DNA of 64,000 bases from an uncultured Candidatus Saccharibacteria bacterium (GCA_964448075.1 CAYUUR010000003.1:133610-197609); one strand, 5' to 3'; shown: positions 26,705 to 37,161, counted from the first letter of the stretch. Notes: generated by a model not told the origin, from the letters alone. A program made the numbers and translations.

Positions 26705-27331
26705 TTATCGACGAGTGCGTCGTGAGCGGATGTTGTGTGCAACACCAGCGAGTGAACCGGTCAACAGTACAGGCGCGATAACGCTTGCAGGACCAGTGCT
26801 AGGAAGAGCAGAAGGAGTTACTGTCTGAGGTGTCTCAGGAGTAACAGGCTTTACTGGGTCTGGACATTTCTCGCCACCGTGCTTCCAGTCGATCAAACGA
26901 CCTGGCTCAGTTGCGTAGTCTGGAGTACCAGCAGCAGTTGTTGGGCTTGTACCGCGTAGTAAGTCAGCCTGGAAGAAACGTACAACGTTCTTGTCAGTCT
27001 CACAAACTGGTAGGTTTACAGTAACTTCGTGGATACCCACAGCGTACTTGCCAGTTTTGAAGTCGTAAAGCTTCTGTTCGTTGAGAGGCAAACCTTTAAG
27101 GTTTGGTGCTTCCCAAGAAGCGAAGGTTACGTCTTGCATACAACCAGCGTCACCTTTTACGGCAAACTTAACTTTTGCAGTTGTACCTGTTACGGTAATG
27201 TTCTTCTGCGTGTGGTCGCCGCCAACGGCGCCAACGTTACATTCAGCAGCTTTCGTCTGAGTTGCAGGAATGATAGCTACGATTGAAGCAGCGGTCATAA
27301 CACCTGCGATCACAAAATTGCGAATCTTCAT
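26705..27331 (-). CDS. LPXTG-anchored surface protein (sortase substrate)
   Basis: Start moved to MKIRNFVIAGVM (signal peptide). C-terminal LPSTG, hydrophobic stretch, then RSRRTRR. Confidence 0.75.
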   Translation of the reverse strand: MKIRNFVIAGVMTAASIVAIIPATQTKAAECNVGAVGGDHTQKNITVTGTTAKVKFAVKGDAGCMQDVTFASWEAPNLKGLPLNEQKLYDFKTGKYAVGIHEVTVNLPVCETDKNVVRFFQADLLRGTSPTTAAGTPDYATEPGRLIDWKHGGEKCPDPVKPVTPETPQTVTPSALPSTGPASVIAPVLLTGSLAGVAHNIRSRRTRR

Positions 27332-27435
27332 ATTATTTTTCCCTTTCCTTCCACCCCTAATTGGGGATTGACTACATATTAGCATAATCATGCGTATATG
27401 TCAACAACCTTTAGCAGTATTAATTACCAGTAGCT

Positions 27436-28962
27436 CTAGTGCCACACTATCCATTTAAGCACATTCCCAGCGGTCTCGTTGAGCTGGATGACTGTCTGAT
27501 TCTGCCAGTACCATAGCGAATCGGAACGAATCAGCCAACCACTAATACCTGACCCGTAGATAAACAGAGCCATGAATACCGACAGTACGATCCCCTTGTA
27601 TTGTAGGCGCGAAGGTACACTCCAGGACACGGCTTGAATCATCAACACAATAGCTAGTGGCAGAAGCGGTATAAGGTAGCGTGCCTGGATTGCTTGCGCA
27701 GCACCGAGGTCGAGGTACTGCCGGTAATTAAAGAGCAGTACAACAACACCATAGAACAGTATGACCACTATACTGAACCGATACGCCGGTTGTCTCAATA
27801 GTGGCTTAATCTGTAACAGGACTGCCAGGAAGCCCAGAAAAACACCGATGGAGGCGATTGTCACTGGCAGCGGCAATAGTGGTCGGGCTACAATAGGACC
27901 AAATGGTTCCTTATCTGATACGACCGCTGTCGGTGTGTGGCTAAAGATGGCAAAGTAGCCGCGCTGTACTTTACTCACCCAATGCTGTGTATAGCTAAAG
28001 AAGTTGCCATATAACGGAGTAGCCGGTTTGTTGAGTTTATTCTGTTGATTGCGGTACCACGGTGCATATTGCTCGCAAACAGTTACAGGCTGTACAACGG
28101 AACATTCAGCGTTGTAGCCTCCATAACGCACCTGATTAACGCCATATCGCTCCACGAACATACCGACACTAAAGAGCAACATCAGCACAAGTCCACACCG
28201 CACCAGTAAGGCCCGTCGATGAAAATCTTGCCACAAAAGCCCTGCCAAGCGCTGTTTGTTACGGTAAATGAGTATAGCGGCGACGTACAGGAGACAGATT
28301 AGGTAGATTGGCAAAAACGTTTCCTTGACTAAGCTTGTGAGTGCACCTGTTGTCAGGAGTAATACCAGCAGACTAATAGAGGGGCGCTGTTTGGTAACCT
28401 GACGATATGTTAGCCACAGAACTACCGGGGTAAGCGCAAATAACAGATTGTCGTAGTTGATGTGAGCAGCCAAAAACGGTGTAATTGGCAGACAGACGAT
28501 AATAAAGAGAGCCAAGTGCGCAATTTTCTTTGGGACGCGCATTGAGAGTAGTAACTTGCGGAACAGCACCAAACCAAATGCAAACAGGCCTATATTGAGT
28601 ACACGTAAACTGATAATCACACCTGTATCTGTTGGAAATATGCTATCGAGAACCCGGTACGGGAAGCTCATCAGGTAGTGAAACAGATATGACGGTGTAC
28701 GGGTAATATCGCCAAACAGGCTGGCTTCCGGGGGTTGTTGCGTAATAAACGGTGACCATTGCTCTGCGTAGACCTTGATAATGCCAAAGTGGTAATATTC
28801 GTCAAACGGTAGCGGATATGCTGCGGTCAGGGCCAGCCACAGCGCCTGAACGATCAGCAGAATGATTGTGCCAGCAAAAAACCAGCTATGTTCTAGTAGT
28901 CGTGTCAGTGTATGCAGAAGTGTGCCATCAGTTGCAGTAGGTCGTCGGTGATTCCTGGCCAT
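27436..28962 (-). CDS. polytopic membrane protein, GT-C-like glycosyltransferase candidate (ArnT/PMT/DUF2142-like)
   Basis: More than 10 predicted TM segments; an acidic FDEYYHF motif in the first loop resembles GT-C DE motifs. Confidence 0.4.
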   Translation of the reverse strand: MARNHRRPTATDGTLLHTLTRLLEHSWFFAGTIILLIVQALWLALTAAYPLPFDEYYHFGIIKVYAEQWSPFITQQPPEASLFGDITRTPSYLFHYLMSFPYRVLDSIFPTDTGVIISLRVLNIGLFAFGLVLFRKLLLSMRVPKKIAHLALFIIVCLPITPFLAAHINYDNLLFALTPVVLWLTYRQVTKQRPSISLLVLLLTTGALTSLVKETFLPIYLICLLYVAAILIYRNKQRLAGLLWQDFHRRALLVRCGLVLMLLFSVGMFVERYGVNQVRYGGYNAECSVVQPVTVCEQYAPWYRNQQNKLNKPATPLYGNFFSYTQHWVSKVQRGYFAIFSHTPTAVVSDKEPFGPIVARPLLPLPVTIASIGVFLGFLAVLLQIKPLLRQPAYRFSIVVILFYGVVVLLFNYRQYLDLGAAQAIQARYLIPLLPLAIVLMIQAVSWSVPSRLQYKGIVLSVFMALFIYGSGISGWLIRSDSLWYWQNQTVIQLNETAGNVLKWIVWH

Positions 28963-29023
28963 CTATCTAGTATAGCTGAATTACCCTATAGCGACGTGAG
29001 ATATTTCACAGAAACGACAGTAT

Positions 29024-30085
29024 CTAGATGGTGAAGAGCGTTTCTTGTGTAGTGTCTTCGAGGTCTGCTTTTGGTTGTTCACCGGCTTTAGAAGCGGTTG
29101 GTTTTTTGACATGAGGAGTGACGGCTATTGGGAAAACTCGACCTTGATACTTTACGCGGGTTTTACTAGTGGTAAAGTGGATATCCACGTCACCTCTGAT
29201 ACATTTACGACAATCTGGGCAGGCGCCTTGGAGTTGTGTGGGGTCGTCATTGTTGTGGAGTGGTACCATCAATTCCTTTTCGCCGACATTTTCCGGACAG
29301 ACTACACCTTCTCCCTTGCTCAGTTCCATCGTTTCAATAGTGTCCTCACCGCACCACGCTATACGTACAAGATCACCAAACTGAGCTTTCACCTCTCGTG
29401 CTCGATCTTGATTGAAGTGGTCAACGCTCATATACAGCGCCAAATTTGGGACTTCGGCCAAGATTGGGATCACGTTAACCGGGTTCTCGCCCCAGCCAAT
29501 TGACCGGGTAAACACCCAGTGCGATACCTTGGCGTGTTTCTTCATAACTTCTGCTGAAGCCACTGCGTAATCCTCAGAGAAATAATCACCGTTCCAGTGC
29601 GGTCGATAGATGTAGTGCCACGGTTTGGCACCCCGACGCTCCAGCGTCTCCTCCCACTTGTTTATGGCGGGGTCAATAACATCAATCATTTTGCCAACCG
29701 TACCAGCGTCGACCAGTCGGTTCATATTACGTTCCATCTTGGCAGCAACAGACACCCACTCCTCGGCAGACTTACCGTAACAACCCTCACAAAATGGGGT
29801 TGCACCTGGGCAGCTATCACCTGCTGGCAGACCGTAACTATTGCCTATCCGGGCAACGTCGTAGCGTTTTTTACGGTAGAAGCGCAAAGTACCCTCAGTC
29901 GTAAGCTTGCGAATAAACGACAGTTCGAGCGATGAGCTTTCAGGTGACGGCGCGGCTTCGTCAACAGCCAAGGCCATGTCAAAATTATTGATAGCGGTAA
30001 TTTGCTCATCAGTCGGTAAAATTAGTGTTTGTGTCCCTCGTTCCATCTGTTGCTGCAGTATAGCAATGTCGATTGCCAGGAGCAA
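29024..30085 (-). CDS. Cys-rich hypothetical protein, possibly phage GP88-like
   Basis: GDSCPGATPFCEGCYGK and ACPDCRKC clusters; the family assignment is from memory only. Confidence 0.4.
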   Translation of the reverse strand: MLLAIDIAILQQQMERGTQTLILPTDEQITAINNFDMALAVDEAAPSPESSSLELSFIRKLTTEGTLRFYRKKRYDVARIGNSYGLPAGDSCPGATPFCEGCYGKSAEEWVSVAAKMERNMNRLVDAGTVGKMIDVIDPAINKWEETLERRGAKPWHYIYRPHWNGDYFSEDYAVASAEVMKKHAKVSHWVFTRSIGWGENPVNVIPILAEVPNLALYMSVDHFNQDRAREVKAQFGDLVRIAWCGEDTIETMELSKGEGVVCPENVGEKELMVPLHNNDDPTQLQGACPDCRKCIRGDVDIHFTTSKTRVKYQGRVFPIAVTPHVKKPTASKAGEQPKADLEDTTQETLFTI

Positions 30086-30103
30086 TCATGAGCGGTATAG
30101 CAT

Positions 30104-30778
30104 CTATGAACTGTATGCAATCTCTTTGAGTCGAGCCATCGATGGAACAGTCATAATGCGTGTTCCTTCGACAATGCCCTGTTTGCGAAGACTCGATATA
30201 GCCGTAGAGACACTTTCGCGCGTAACACTCAATATGTCGGCAATATCTTGTTGTGTTAGGGGTACGATAAGCTCCAGGCGAGTGGTGTTATAGGCAGCAT
30301 AGGCCTCAATGTAGTAGAGCATGATGTGCGCCACGCGGTGGAGTGTGGATGGCAGGCTTTTGTTCTCTAGCATCTGAATATTGGAACGAAAACGATGGCC
30401 GGCGACAGAGAGTAGGTCTCGGTATAGGAGCGGCTCTTTGGCTACAGCAGCTTTCAATTGATCGCCGTCAAATTCATAGGTGGTCACGTCGTCCAAGGCC
30501 TCGTAGCAGTAGGTGTCCGGCCCGTCATAGATGCTGAGCGACAGAATAAGCTGAAAGACGAAGGTTAACGAGAATATGTCCTTCGGTCCATAAATACTAT
30601 GAACGTTAATCGTCCCAGCATTAGTTATCTGGAATCGCTTCACAAAGCCCTTTTCGACCAAAAACAACGCAGTGGTGTCTTCTGTAGTGGTGATAGTGTC
30701 GCCACGTTCAAAAGTGGCCTTCTTGCCTGTTCGCAGGAGCTTATGAAGATGTGTCAGTTCGTTAATTGGCTGGTGCAT
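30104..30778 (-). CDS. Crp/Fnr-family transcriptional regulator
   Basis: N-terminal cNMP-binding-like barrel and C-terminal HTH (TQQDIADILSVTRESVSTAISSLRKQGIV). Confidence 0.8.
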   Translation of the reverse strand: MHQPINELTHLHKLLRTGKKATFERGDTITTTEDTTALFLVEKGFVKRFQITNAGTINVHSIYGPKDIFSLTFVFQLILSLSIYDGPDTYCYEALDDVTTYEFDGDQLKAAVAKEPLLYRDLLSVAGHRFRSNIQMLENKSLPSTLHRVAHIMLYYIEAYAAYNTTRLELIVPLTQQDIADILSVTRESVSTAISSLRKQGIVEGTRIMTVPSMARLKEIAYSS

Positions 30779-30851
30779 TTGTGTATTTAAGCATAGTTAG
30801 ACATACGACCCTAGAACGAGATGCTAGATTTTTGACCTTTGTGCGTGTATA

Positions 30852-31715
30852 TTGCGGACAATGATTGAGCGCCTGAGAGTACCCCCTGTTAATCAAGATC
30901 CACGACTTGCCCTCGCTGAGCAATACGATTTGCCAATGAATGTCATGATCCGTTTCAAGCTGTATGACTATGCAGCCGATGGTCGTGACTTTGAATCGGA
31001 AGTAGTCGATGCTTTGCACATTGAACCGACAGATACTGTTCTCGATGTTGGCTGCTCGCACGGTATGACACTGGTAAAGATGCGAGAGCGCTCCCCGGAA
31101 GCTAATTTGACAGGAGTTGATTTATTCACTTCGGCTTTCACTCCTGCCCTGGCTGCCACCCGTCAGACAGAGCGTAAGTCAATAGATTTTTTGGTTGGCA
31201 CGGCCGAGGCGCTGCCTGTGGCGGAGAATAGTATAGACAAGCTCACATCTCTCTTTATGCTGTACCACGTGGCCGACACAGACGCCGCGTTACAAGAAAT
31301 GCAGCGAGTAGTAAAACCAGGCGGCGTGGTGGTCGTGGCGACGAGTGGGGCGCAAAACAAACGCAAGCATCGTCAGATGGAGGCAGATATTGCCGCCTTC
31401 ACTGGGGCGCAGCGTCCAGAACGTTTTTCTCAGACGTTTGATGTTGATGTGGCGCAGAGGCTACTGCCGGAATATTTCTCCAATGTTCAGCATATCCCCC
31501 ACCAAACAGAAATGGTTATCACTGAAGAGCGTGTCGGCGATTACTACTACTCGTTAGTGAGTATGCTTGAGGATTTTCAACCTGCCGTACGCGGGCTGCA
31601 GCGAGTAGCAGCGATGCAGCACTGCGTAACGCAGCCAGTTCACGCCGCCCTAGAGCGCGATGGCGCGTTCTATGATACGATAGATCGTCATTTCTTTGTT
31701 TGTCGTAATGATTAG
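30852..31715 (+). CDS. class I SAM-dependent methyltransferase
   Basis: VLDVGCSHG (motif I), VKPGGVVVVA (post-II). Confidence 0.75.
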   Translation: MRTMIERLRVPPVNQDPRLALAEQYDLPMNVMIRFKLYDYAADGRDFESEVVDALHIEPTDTVLDVGCSHGMTLVKMRERSPEANLTGVDLFTSAFTPALAATRQTERKSIDFLVGTAEALPVAENSIDKLTSLFMLYHVADTDAALQEMQRVVKPGGVVVVATSGAQNKRKHRQMEADIAAFTGAQRPERFSQTFDVDVAQRLLPEYFSNVQHIPHQTEMVITEERVGDYYYSLVSMLEDFQPAVRGLQRVAAMQHCVTQPVHAALERDGAFYDTIDRHFFVCRND

Positions 31716-31717
31716 GG

Positions 31718-32584
31718 TTAGCTGACTTGGTCTGCGCGGTGTTCTAATACGCGGCTCACAAACGCTGCAATGTCGCCGCGACGTATGGTCAGGCTATGAT
31801 AATTGCTCGGGTTGCCGCCAACGACAAGGCCTTCAGTAAGCTTAGGGTGGTCGGCGATACCCTCGATATGCATTGCAGTGTATTGGGTTTGTAGATTCAG
31901 ATAGTATCTCAGTTCTCCAAGTGCAATCATGTCGTTAGGGTCGCCATGATGTTGAGGCAGCAGATCTATGAGTTCAACCTCCTTACCTATGTCTTCTTGG
32001 AGGCCAGTCAGTATGTCCCATTCGTGGTCGCTGAGTGGTTCGATACCTGTAATATGGTCTATCGGAAGTCCATCCGGGATAATGGCATAGCGTTCGTCCT
32101 CTATGGCGGTCGTTAGTTCGCCGTATGCGGCAACTGCTTCAGTAACGCCGATGAGGACACCTTTAAATTGTCGTCCCTCATAATACAATAGCTCTACCGT
32201 TCTTGGTTTCATGCCGTGCTTTATGGCCTCTGGTATGATTATCTCTTCGTAGTCGACGTCAGTCGGATCGCTAAACTTCAGGGTTTGCTTGTCGGTTGGG
32301 TCATATGGTAGCCGTGACAGTAGAAACCGGTATTTTGCCTCGTGTTCTGCAAAAACCCGAGCATGCTGTTCTTGTTCGCCCGGGTTTGCTGCTTCTGGAG
32401 CATAGTAAAAACTGTCGCCAAGTGTCCCTTCTGCTGGCAGTTTACCGTGACGTGCGAGGTATATAATTGCTTGGATAGATGTGCCATGCCACGCATACGG
32501 TGTTTCCGAAATACCATTTTCAAATAGTTCAATAGTACGTGCCGCGTGCGGCATGTCTGCTAACTCACCGAAAGCAACATTCAT
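31718..32584 (-). CDS. hypothetical protein
   Basis: 288-aa uninterrupted ORF; no family recognised. Confidence 0.5.
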   Translation of the reverse strand: MNVAFGELADMPHAARTIELFENGISETPYAWHGTSIQAIIYLARHGKLPAEGTLGDSFYYAPEAANPGEQEQHARVFAEHEAKYRFLLSRLPYDPTDKQTLKFSDPTDVDYEEIIIPEAIKHGMKPRTVELLYYEGRQFKGVLIGVTEAVAAYGELTTAIEDERYAIIPDGLPIDHITGIEPLSDHEWDILTGLQEDIGKEVELIDLLPQHHGDPNDMIALGELRYYLNLQTQYTAMHIEGIADHPKLTEGLVVGGNPSNYHSLTIRRGDIAAFVSRVLEHRADQVS

Positions 32585-32676
32585 AAACAGATAGTATAAT
32601 AAAACCGTAACTACGTCAATGAAAGGCGTGGTTTTCTGTGCCTAGAGCGCGTATACTACAATATAAGAAGACGGTT

Positions 32677-34395
32677 ATGCTCAATACGTTACAGAAACAT
32701 ATACCAATGATTAGTACGTTCCGTAGCTACAAACGGAGCTTGTTTCGGTATGACATCGTTGCAGGCGTAACCGTGGCGGCAATAGCCATACCGCAGGGAA
32801 TGGCATACGCTGAGTTAGCAGGCGCGCCTTTGGCGATGGGGTTGTATGCAACCTTTGCTGCAATGCTGTTGTTTGCACTCTTCTCAACGACGAAGCGTGT
32901 AATTGTCGGTCCAGATGCAGCTATGTCTGCACTCACCGGCGCGACGCTTATTCCGCTTGCGAACGGTAACCCCGAGCACTATGCTGCTTTAATTGCTCTG
33001 CTTGCTATTTTAGTGGGTATTGCTAGTTTGATTGCTGTCGTTGCCAAATTGACCTTCGTGAGTGAGTTTTTGTCGCGCCCAATTCTGCTCGGCTATATGG
33101 CAGGGCTGGCTCTGGCGGTGATTGCTTCGCAGGGCCCCAAACTCTTTGGGATTACTGATGTGCCGCGCAGCAACTTCTTCGGTACCTTGTTACACATCAT
33201 GACGAACCTAGCCAATAGTCATGGTGCTACCTTGCTTTTCAGTATAGTTCTCGGTACTGGTTCGTGGTTGTTGATTCGGCATGTCAAGAAGGTGCCGGCA
33301 ACACTACTTATTCTATTTGTGAGCATTGTGGTGTCTTGGCTATTCGATTTTGCCGGTATGGGCATTGCCACTGTTGGCAGCGTTCCCGCCGGCTTACCAA
33401 TCCCCGCTCTGCCAGAGGTTACCTTCTTTGATGTGCAAAACCTTGTGGTACCGGCCTTTGCAATTATGATGGTGAGTTACGCAAACACAATTACAACCGC
33501 ACGTTCTTTTGCTGCTAAGGAGCACAACCATATCAACTCGAGCCAGGAGCTGACTGCGCTGGGGGTAGCGAGTATTGGAACAGGGTTGGCTGGTGGAATC
33601 CCGATTGCTGCTAGCGGTGCTCGTACAGCTGTAAACGAGCAAAGTAAGGCCGCAACGCAGATGGCGCAGCTTATTGCTGCTATTGTCGTTGGGTTAACCC
33701 TGCTATTCTTTACCCCGGTACTTAGTTATCTGCCACTCGCAGCACTGGCTATCATAATTATCGTGGCAATACTGCGCTTGTTTGATATTGCGGAATTAAA
33801 GTCAATTTGGCATGCTTGGCGATCAGAAGCAGCCTTGGCGATTGTAACGGTGATTGGTGTGACAATCCTCGGTATCTTTCAAGGCTTATTGCTGGCGATT
33901 TTTTTGGCGATCGTGAATCTGATACGCAAAAGTGCCTTCCCTGGTGACGCGGTACTTGGCGTGGCGGCAGACGGCTCGATTCGCGATATGTCTCGTCCGC
34001 CTAAGACAGAGGCGATACCTGGTATTGTTATGTACCGGTTTGATGCCCCACTGTATTTTGGGAACGCTGAATTCTTCCGCAAACGGGTGCTGAAACTGAT
34101 TGATGATTCTGATGATGTGCGTTGGTTCCTGTGGGATGCCGAGACAATTACTTCCTTAGACTCAACTGCCGGTGCCATGTTACTAGACCTTATTCATGAA
34201 CTACGGGCGCGCAAGATTACCCTCTGCATTTCGCGCATGAAAGGTCCAATCCGATCTACGATTAATCGGACTAATCGGCTTTCAACGGCCTTCCGTTCGA
34301 TCCCTCATTATCCGAGCATGGGCAAAGCATTGGCGGCCTTTGAAGAACATCAAACTGTCAAGGCTGAGACAGAGAAAAAAGAAACGAAATCCTAG
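32677..34395 (+). CDS. SulP-family anion transporter with C-terminal STAS domain
   Basis: Start moved to MLNTLQKHIP. AGVTVAAIAIPQGMAYAELAG, many TM segments, STAS-like tail (VMYRFDAPLYFGNAEFF). Confidence 0.85.
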   Translation: MLNTLQKHIPMISTFRSYKRSLFRYDIVAGVTVAAIAIPQGMAYAELAGAPLAMGLYATFAAMLLFALFSTTKRVIVGPDAAMSALTGATLIPLANGNPEHYAALIALLAILVGIASLIAVVAKLTFVSEFLSRPILLGYMAGLALAVIASQGPKLFGITDVPRSNFFGTLLHIMTNLANSHGATLLFSIVLGTGSWLLIRHVKKVPATLLILFVSIVVSWLFDFAGMGIATVGSVPAGLPIPALPEVTFFDVQNLVVPAFAIMMVSYANTITTARSFAAKEHNHINSSQELTALGVASIGTGLAGGIPIAASGARTAVNEQSKAATQMAQLIAAIVVGLTLLFFTPVLSYLPLAALAIIIIVAILRLFDIAELKSIWHAWRSEAALAIVTVIGVTILGIFQGLLLAIFLAIVNLIRKSAFPGDAVLGVAADGSIRDMSRPPKTEAIPGIVMYRFDAPLYFGNAEFFRKRVLKLIDDSDDVRWFLWDAETITSLDSTAGAMLLDLIHELRARKITLCISRMKGPIRSTINRTNRLSTAFRSIPHYPSMGKALAAFEEHQTVKAETEKKETKS

Positions 34396-34865
34396 CCCCG
34401 ACTATATTCAATGGTAGTTGCAAGGAATAGATTGCCCGCGCGTGAACCAGGTGCGGACGGCACAGGCTCTGTCTCGAGCACACCAGGCTTACGTACTCGA
34501 TCAATCTCGTAACCTATGAAATCCTCGATAATACCGAGCTCTGCTGAGCGCTCTGGATCTGTTTCTTCCAAGCGATCAAGTATGCTATGAAACCGTCGAA
34601 AGCAAGAAGCTGCCAAAAAAGCGTTGTCGTCACGCATATTAGGCATACTATGACGGACTCCTTTTATCCAAAGAGCAAAGGCAACTCTGTATTGTTGTTC
34701 TTGGTCAAGATCCTCGTAGATTACGTCAAGCTCACTGTCTTCTCTAAGCTGTTCTGCTGTTAAGTTTGATGCGTAGGTTTTCTCGATTGCCTCAAATGCT
34801 GCGTGGGTCGTCCCCCCGTTATTAGGAGTGTTTCTTTCGAGTTCGATAGATGTGTTCATGCACAT
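34392..34865 (-). CDS. hypothetical protein
   Basis: 157-aa ORF; 4-nt overlap with the convergent SulP stop region. Confidence 0.45.
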   Translation of the reverse strand: MCMNTSIELERNTPNNGGTTHAAFEAIEKTYASNLTAEQLREDSELDVIYEDLDQEQQYRVAFALWIKGVRHSMPNMRDDNAFLAASCFRRFHSILDRLEETDPERSAELGIIEDFIGYEIDRVRKPGVLETEPVPSAPGSRAGNLFLATTIEYSRG

Positions 34866-34916
34866 ATAGTAACATATATCGCGCAGAATAGCTAATATGC
34901 AGCTTAGATTTACTGA

Positions 34917-35753
34917 CTAGTTGCCTGAACCCGAGTTGTCGTCCTCGGCTTCTTGTTCGTCTTCTGTCTCTTCGTCTTTGTCGTCGTCCTGGTCATCGTC
35001 AACATCATCGTTGTCATCGTCTTTGTCTTCAGTGCCATTTACACCGTCGTTGTCATCGTCTTTATCCTGGCTGTCTTTACGGCCATCATTGTCGTCATCG
35101 TTGTCTTTTATGTTTGGCTGGCCATCGTCATCCTGATCGTCATCGTTGCGCTTCTCTGTACGTTTTTTAACCTCTTTGCCGTCTTTGGTTTTTACTTCCA
35201 TGATAGATCCGTTGTTAGCATCGACTTCAACCAGTGCTTCATCGACGAATTTTACGCGGTAAACAAGTGTGCCGTCCTCTGTCTCAACTTCAATTTTCTC
35301 AATTGCAACACCAGGGTGTTCTTTTTTAGCAATTTCGACTGCGCTTGACAGTGATACCTTAGCGGTCAGATTGTTCGGCAGACTGTCATCGTCTTTACTA
35401 TCATCATCTGAAATAGCAATTTGCTCACCGCTTGTTGCGTTGTATGTAATCTGCTTACCGTTTGAAAGGTGAACAACGTACACGAGTACACCATCCTCAG
35501 TCTTTAGCTCAATACCTTTAATAGTAAGTGTTGCATCGTCTTTTTTAGCCAGCTCTTCAATTTTATCAAGCGTTAATATGCCCCCTAGGTCTGTCGGGAT
35601 TGTAGTGGCTAGAGGCGTGGTAGATTCCGTAGTCACAGAGCTTTTGGTATCTTGCTTGCCAACGACGTAATACCCTACGCCGCCGAGTGCGGCAAGTACA
35701 AGTACTACAATTACTCCTTCTACTGCGCTAAATCCTTTTGTATTTAGTTTCAT
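34917..35753 (-). CDS. PepSY-domain secreted protein with poly-acidic repeat tail
   Basis: N-terminal TM/signal, two PepSY-like units (…EDGVLVYVVHL…, …EDGTLVYRVKF…). The C-terminal ~90 aa are dominated by D/E with repeated DKDDDND units. Confidence 0.7.
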   Translation of the reverse strand: MKLNTKGFSAVEGVIVVLVLAALGGVGYYVVGKQDTKSSVTTESTTPLATTIPTDLGGILTLDKIEELAKKDDATLTIKGIELKTEDGVLVYVVHLSNGKQITYNATSGEQIAISDDDSKDDDSLPNNLTAKVSLSSAVEIAKKEHPGVAIEKIEVETEDGTLVYRVKFVDEALVEVDANNGSIMEVKTKDGKEVKKRTEKRNDDDQDDDGQPNIKDNDDDNDGRKDSQDKDDDNDGVNGTEDKDDDNDDVDDDQDDDKDEETEDEQEAEDDNSGSGN

Positions 35754-35863
35754 AAAGTTCCTTTTTGATTTACGTGATTAATGTTACTTATTATGCTTAA
35801 TGCCTCAGTATGGTCAATAGGCAAATGTTTGCATATGTAAACGTTTTACAATAGTATGCAGTT

Positions 35864-36238
35864 ATGTGGCGCAAAACTCCTCAAACACTTCTCATCATTG
35901 ACTTGCTAAAAAAACTTGGACACGCAACCAACCAAGATCTTGCTATAGAAGCTCACAAAAAGATGCCAGGTATATCAGCGACAACAGTGCATCGAATAAC
36001 GAATCGCCTCGTAGAGGCAGGTATGGCCAGTTACGCACCTATAAATGATGGGATAAAAGTCCTTGATGCAAATGTTAGCTTACACGATCACTTTGTTTGC
36101 CGTGCCTGTAAGCGCATCATTGATATTGCATTGACACCTGAGTTGATCGACGGGATTCAAGAACAGATTCCAGGTAAACTGGTTCGTAACAGTATTGTCA
36201 TTACTGGTCTGTGCGAACAATGCATCGCGAGCCCATAA
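35864..36238 (+). CDS. Fur-family metalloregulator
   Basis: wHTH N-terminus, HDHFVCRACKRIIDI and GLCEQC (CxxC pairs). Confidence 0.75.
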   Translation: MWRKTPQTLLIIDLLKKLGHATNQDLAIEAHKKMPGISATTVHRITNRLVEAGMASYAPINDGIKVLDANVSLHDHFVCRACKRIIDIALTPELIDGIQEQIPGKLVRNSIVITGLCEQCIASP

Positions 36239-36240
36239 GC

Positions 36241-36747
36241 TCATTCGGTTGAAGTAGTTTTTGGTAATTCTTGTGGATTAAAGTCAGGGTTCATCCAGAC
36301 TGGTTCCCACTGGTTGCCGTCTGGGTCGAGGACTTCATAGCCGAACATCATATCTTCCGGTACATTGTATTCGCCCTTGAAGTAGTCACCACCGTTTGCC
36401 TTGGCGGTGTCGGCGAATGCTTGAACTTCTTCTTTTGAATCAAAGGATAGCGCCAACAATACGCCACTGGTTTTTTGTGGATCAGCGACCTCTTTGTCGC
36501 GCAAGAAGGTTGCATAAAACTCGCGGGTTAGAAGCATGACGACTATACTGTCAGACCACTCCATGCCGCTGCCCTTTTCGTTCGAAAACATTGCATTTTT
36601 CTTGAATCCGAGCGCCTCGTAAAAGGTTGTTGCTTTTGCTAAGTCCTTGAGACCGGTAGGTTTACGTAAATTTGCTTGGCCATAGTTCCCTCTCTTGTTA
36701 TGAGTATAGTATTTCACAAATTCGCCTGACTGTGTCGGTTTTTGCAT
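36241..36747 (-). CDS. VOC (glyoxalase/bleomycin-resistance fold) family protein
   Basis: Track ORF 36241-37029 shortened to the Met at 36747, because its 5' part overlaps the convergent YdeI-like gene. ATTFYEALGFKKN...FGYEVLDPDGNQWE pattern. Confidence 0.6.
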   Translation of the reverse strand: MQKPTQSGEFVKYYTHNKRGNYGQANLRKPTGLKDLAKATTFYEALGFKKNAMFSNEKGSGMEWSDSIVVMLLTREFYATFLRDKEVADPQKTSGVLLALSFDSKEEVQAFADTAKANGGDYFKGEYNVPEDMMFGYEVLDPDGNQWEPVWMNPDFNPQELPKTTSTE

Positions 36748-36769
36748 GCCTGTGTAATAGAATACTACT

Positions 36770-37084
36770 ATGACGAAACTCGCTGAAGGCACAGTACATA
36801 AACTGCCCAATGATTTGAAGCAAGCATTACAGACTGATCCAAAGGCGCTTAGTGCGTGGCAAGAAAAGATTACACCAATTGCGCGGAATGAGTGGATTTG
36901 CTGGACCATAACCGTCAAACAGCAAAAAACACGTGATGAACATGTCAAGAGAGCAGTGAAAGAGCTTGCTGAAGGCAAACGCCGCCCATGTTGCTGGATT
37001 GGCTGTATACACCGCACGGACAAAGCCATTAGTCCTTCAGTTCAAGGTATCCTCAATAGACGAACAAAGTCGAAGCTTACGTGA
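36770..37084 (+). CDS. YdeI/OmpD-associated (DUF1801-like) family protein
   Basis: LPNDLKQAL...PKALSAWQEKITPIARNEWICWI...KTRDEHVKRAVKELAEGKRRPCC pattern. Confidence 0.6.
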   Translation: MTKLAEGTVHKLPNDLKQALQTDPKALSAWQEKITPIARNEWICWTITVKQQKTRDEHVKRAVKELAEGKRRPCCWIGCIHRTDKAISPSVQGILNRRTKSKLT

Positions 37085-37161
37085 ATTAGATTATTCCGCG
37101 TTTACGGCTGCTACCGTTTGCAGCGCAAGCCCGCCGATTTCCTGTAATGTCACTGGTTTGA

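Noticed and set aside
34953-35348. 131-aa plus-strand ORF rich in V/I/F, and ORF 34921-35136 (poly-Ser/Leu).
   Set aside because: Both are antisense or frame-shifted readings of the GAT/GAC-rich acidic tail of the PepSY gene, so they are low-complexity artefacts.
36748-37029. 5' extension of ORF 36241-37029 (262 aa).
   Set aside because: The extension overlaps the well-supported convergent YdeI-like gene and is Cys/Ser/Phe-rich low-quality sequence. The VOC domain begins after the Met at 36747.
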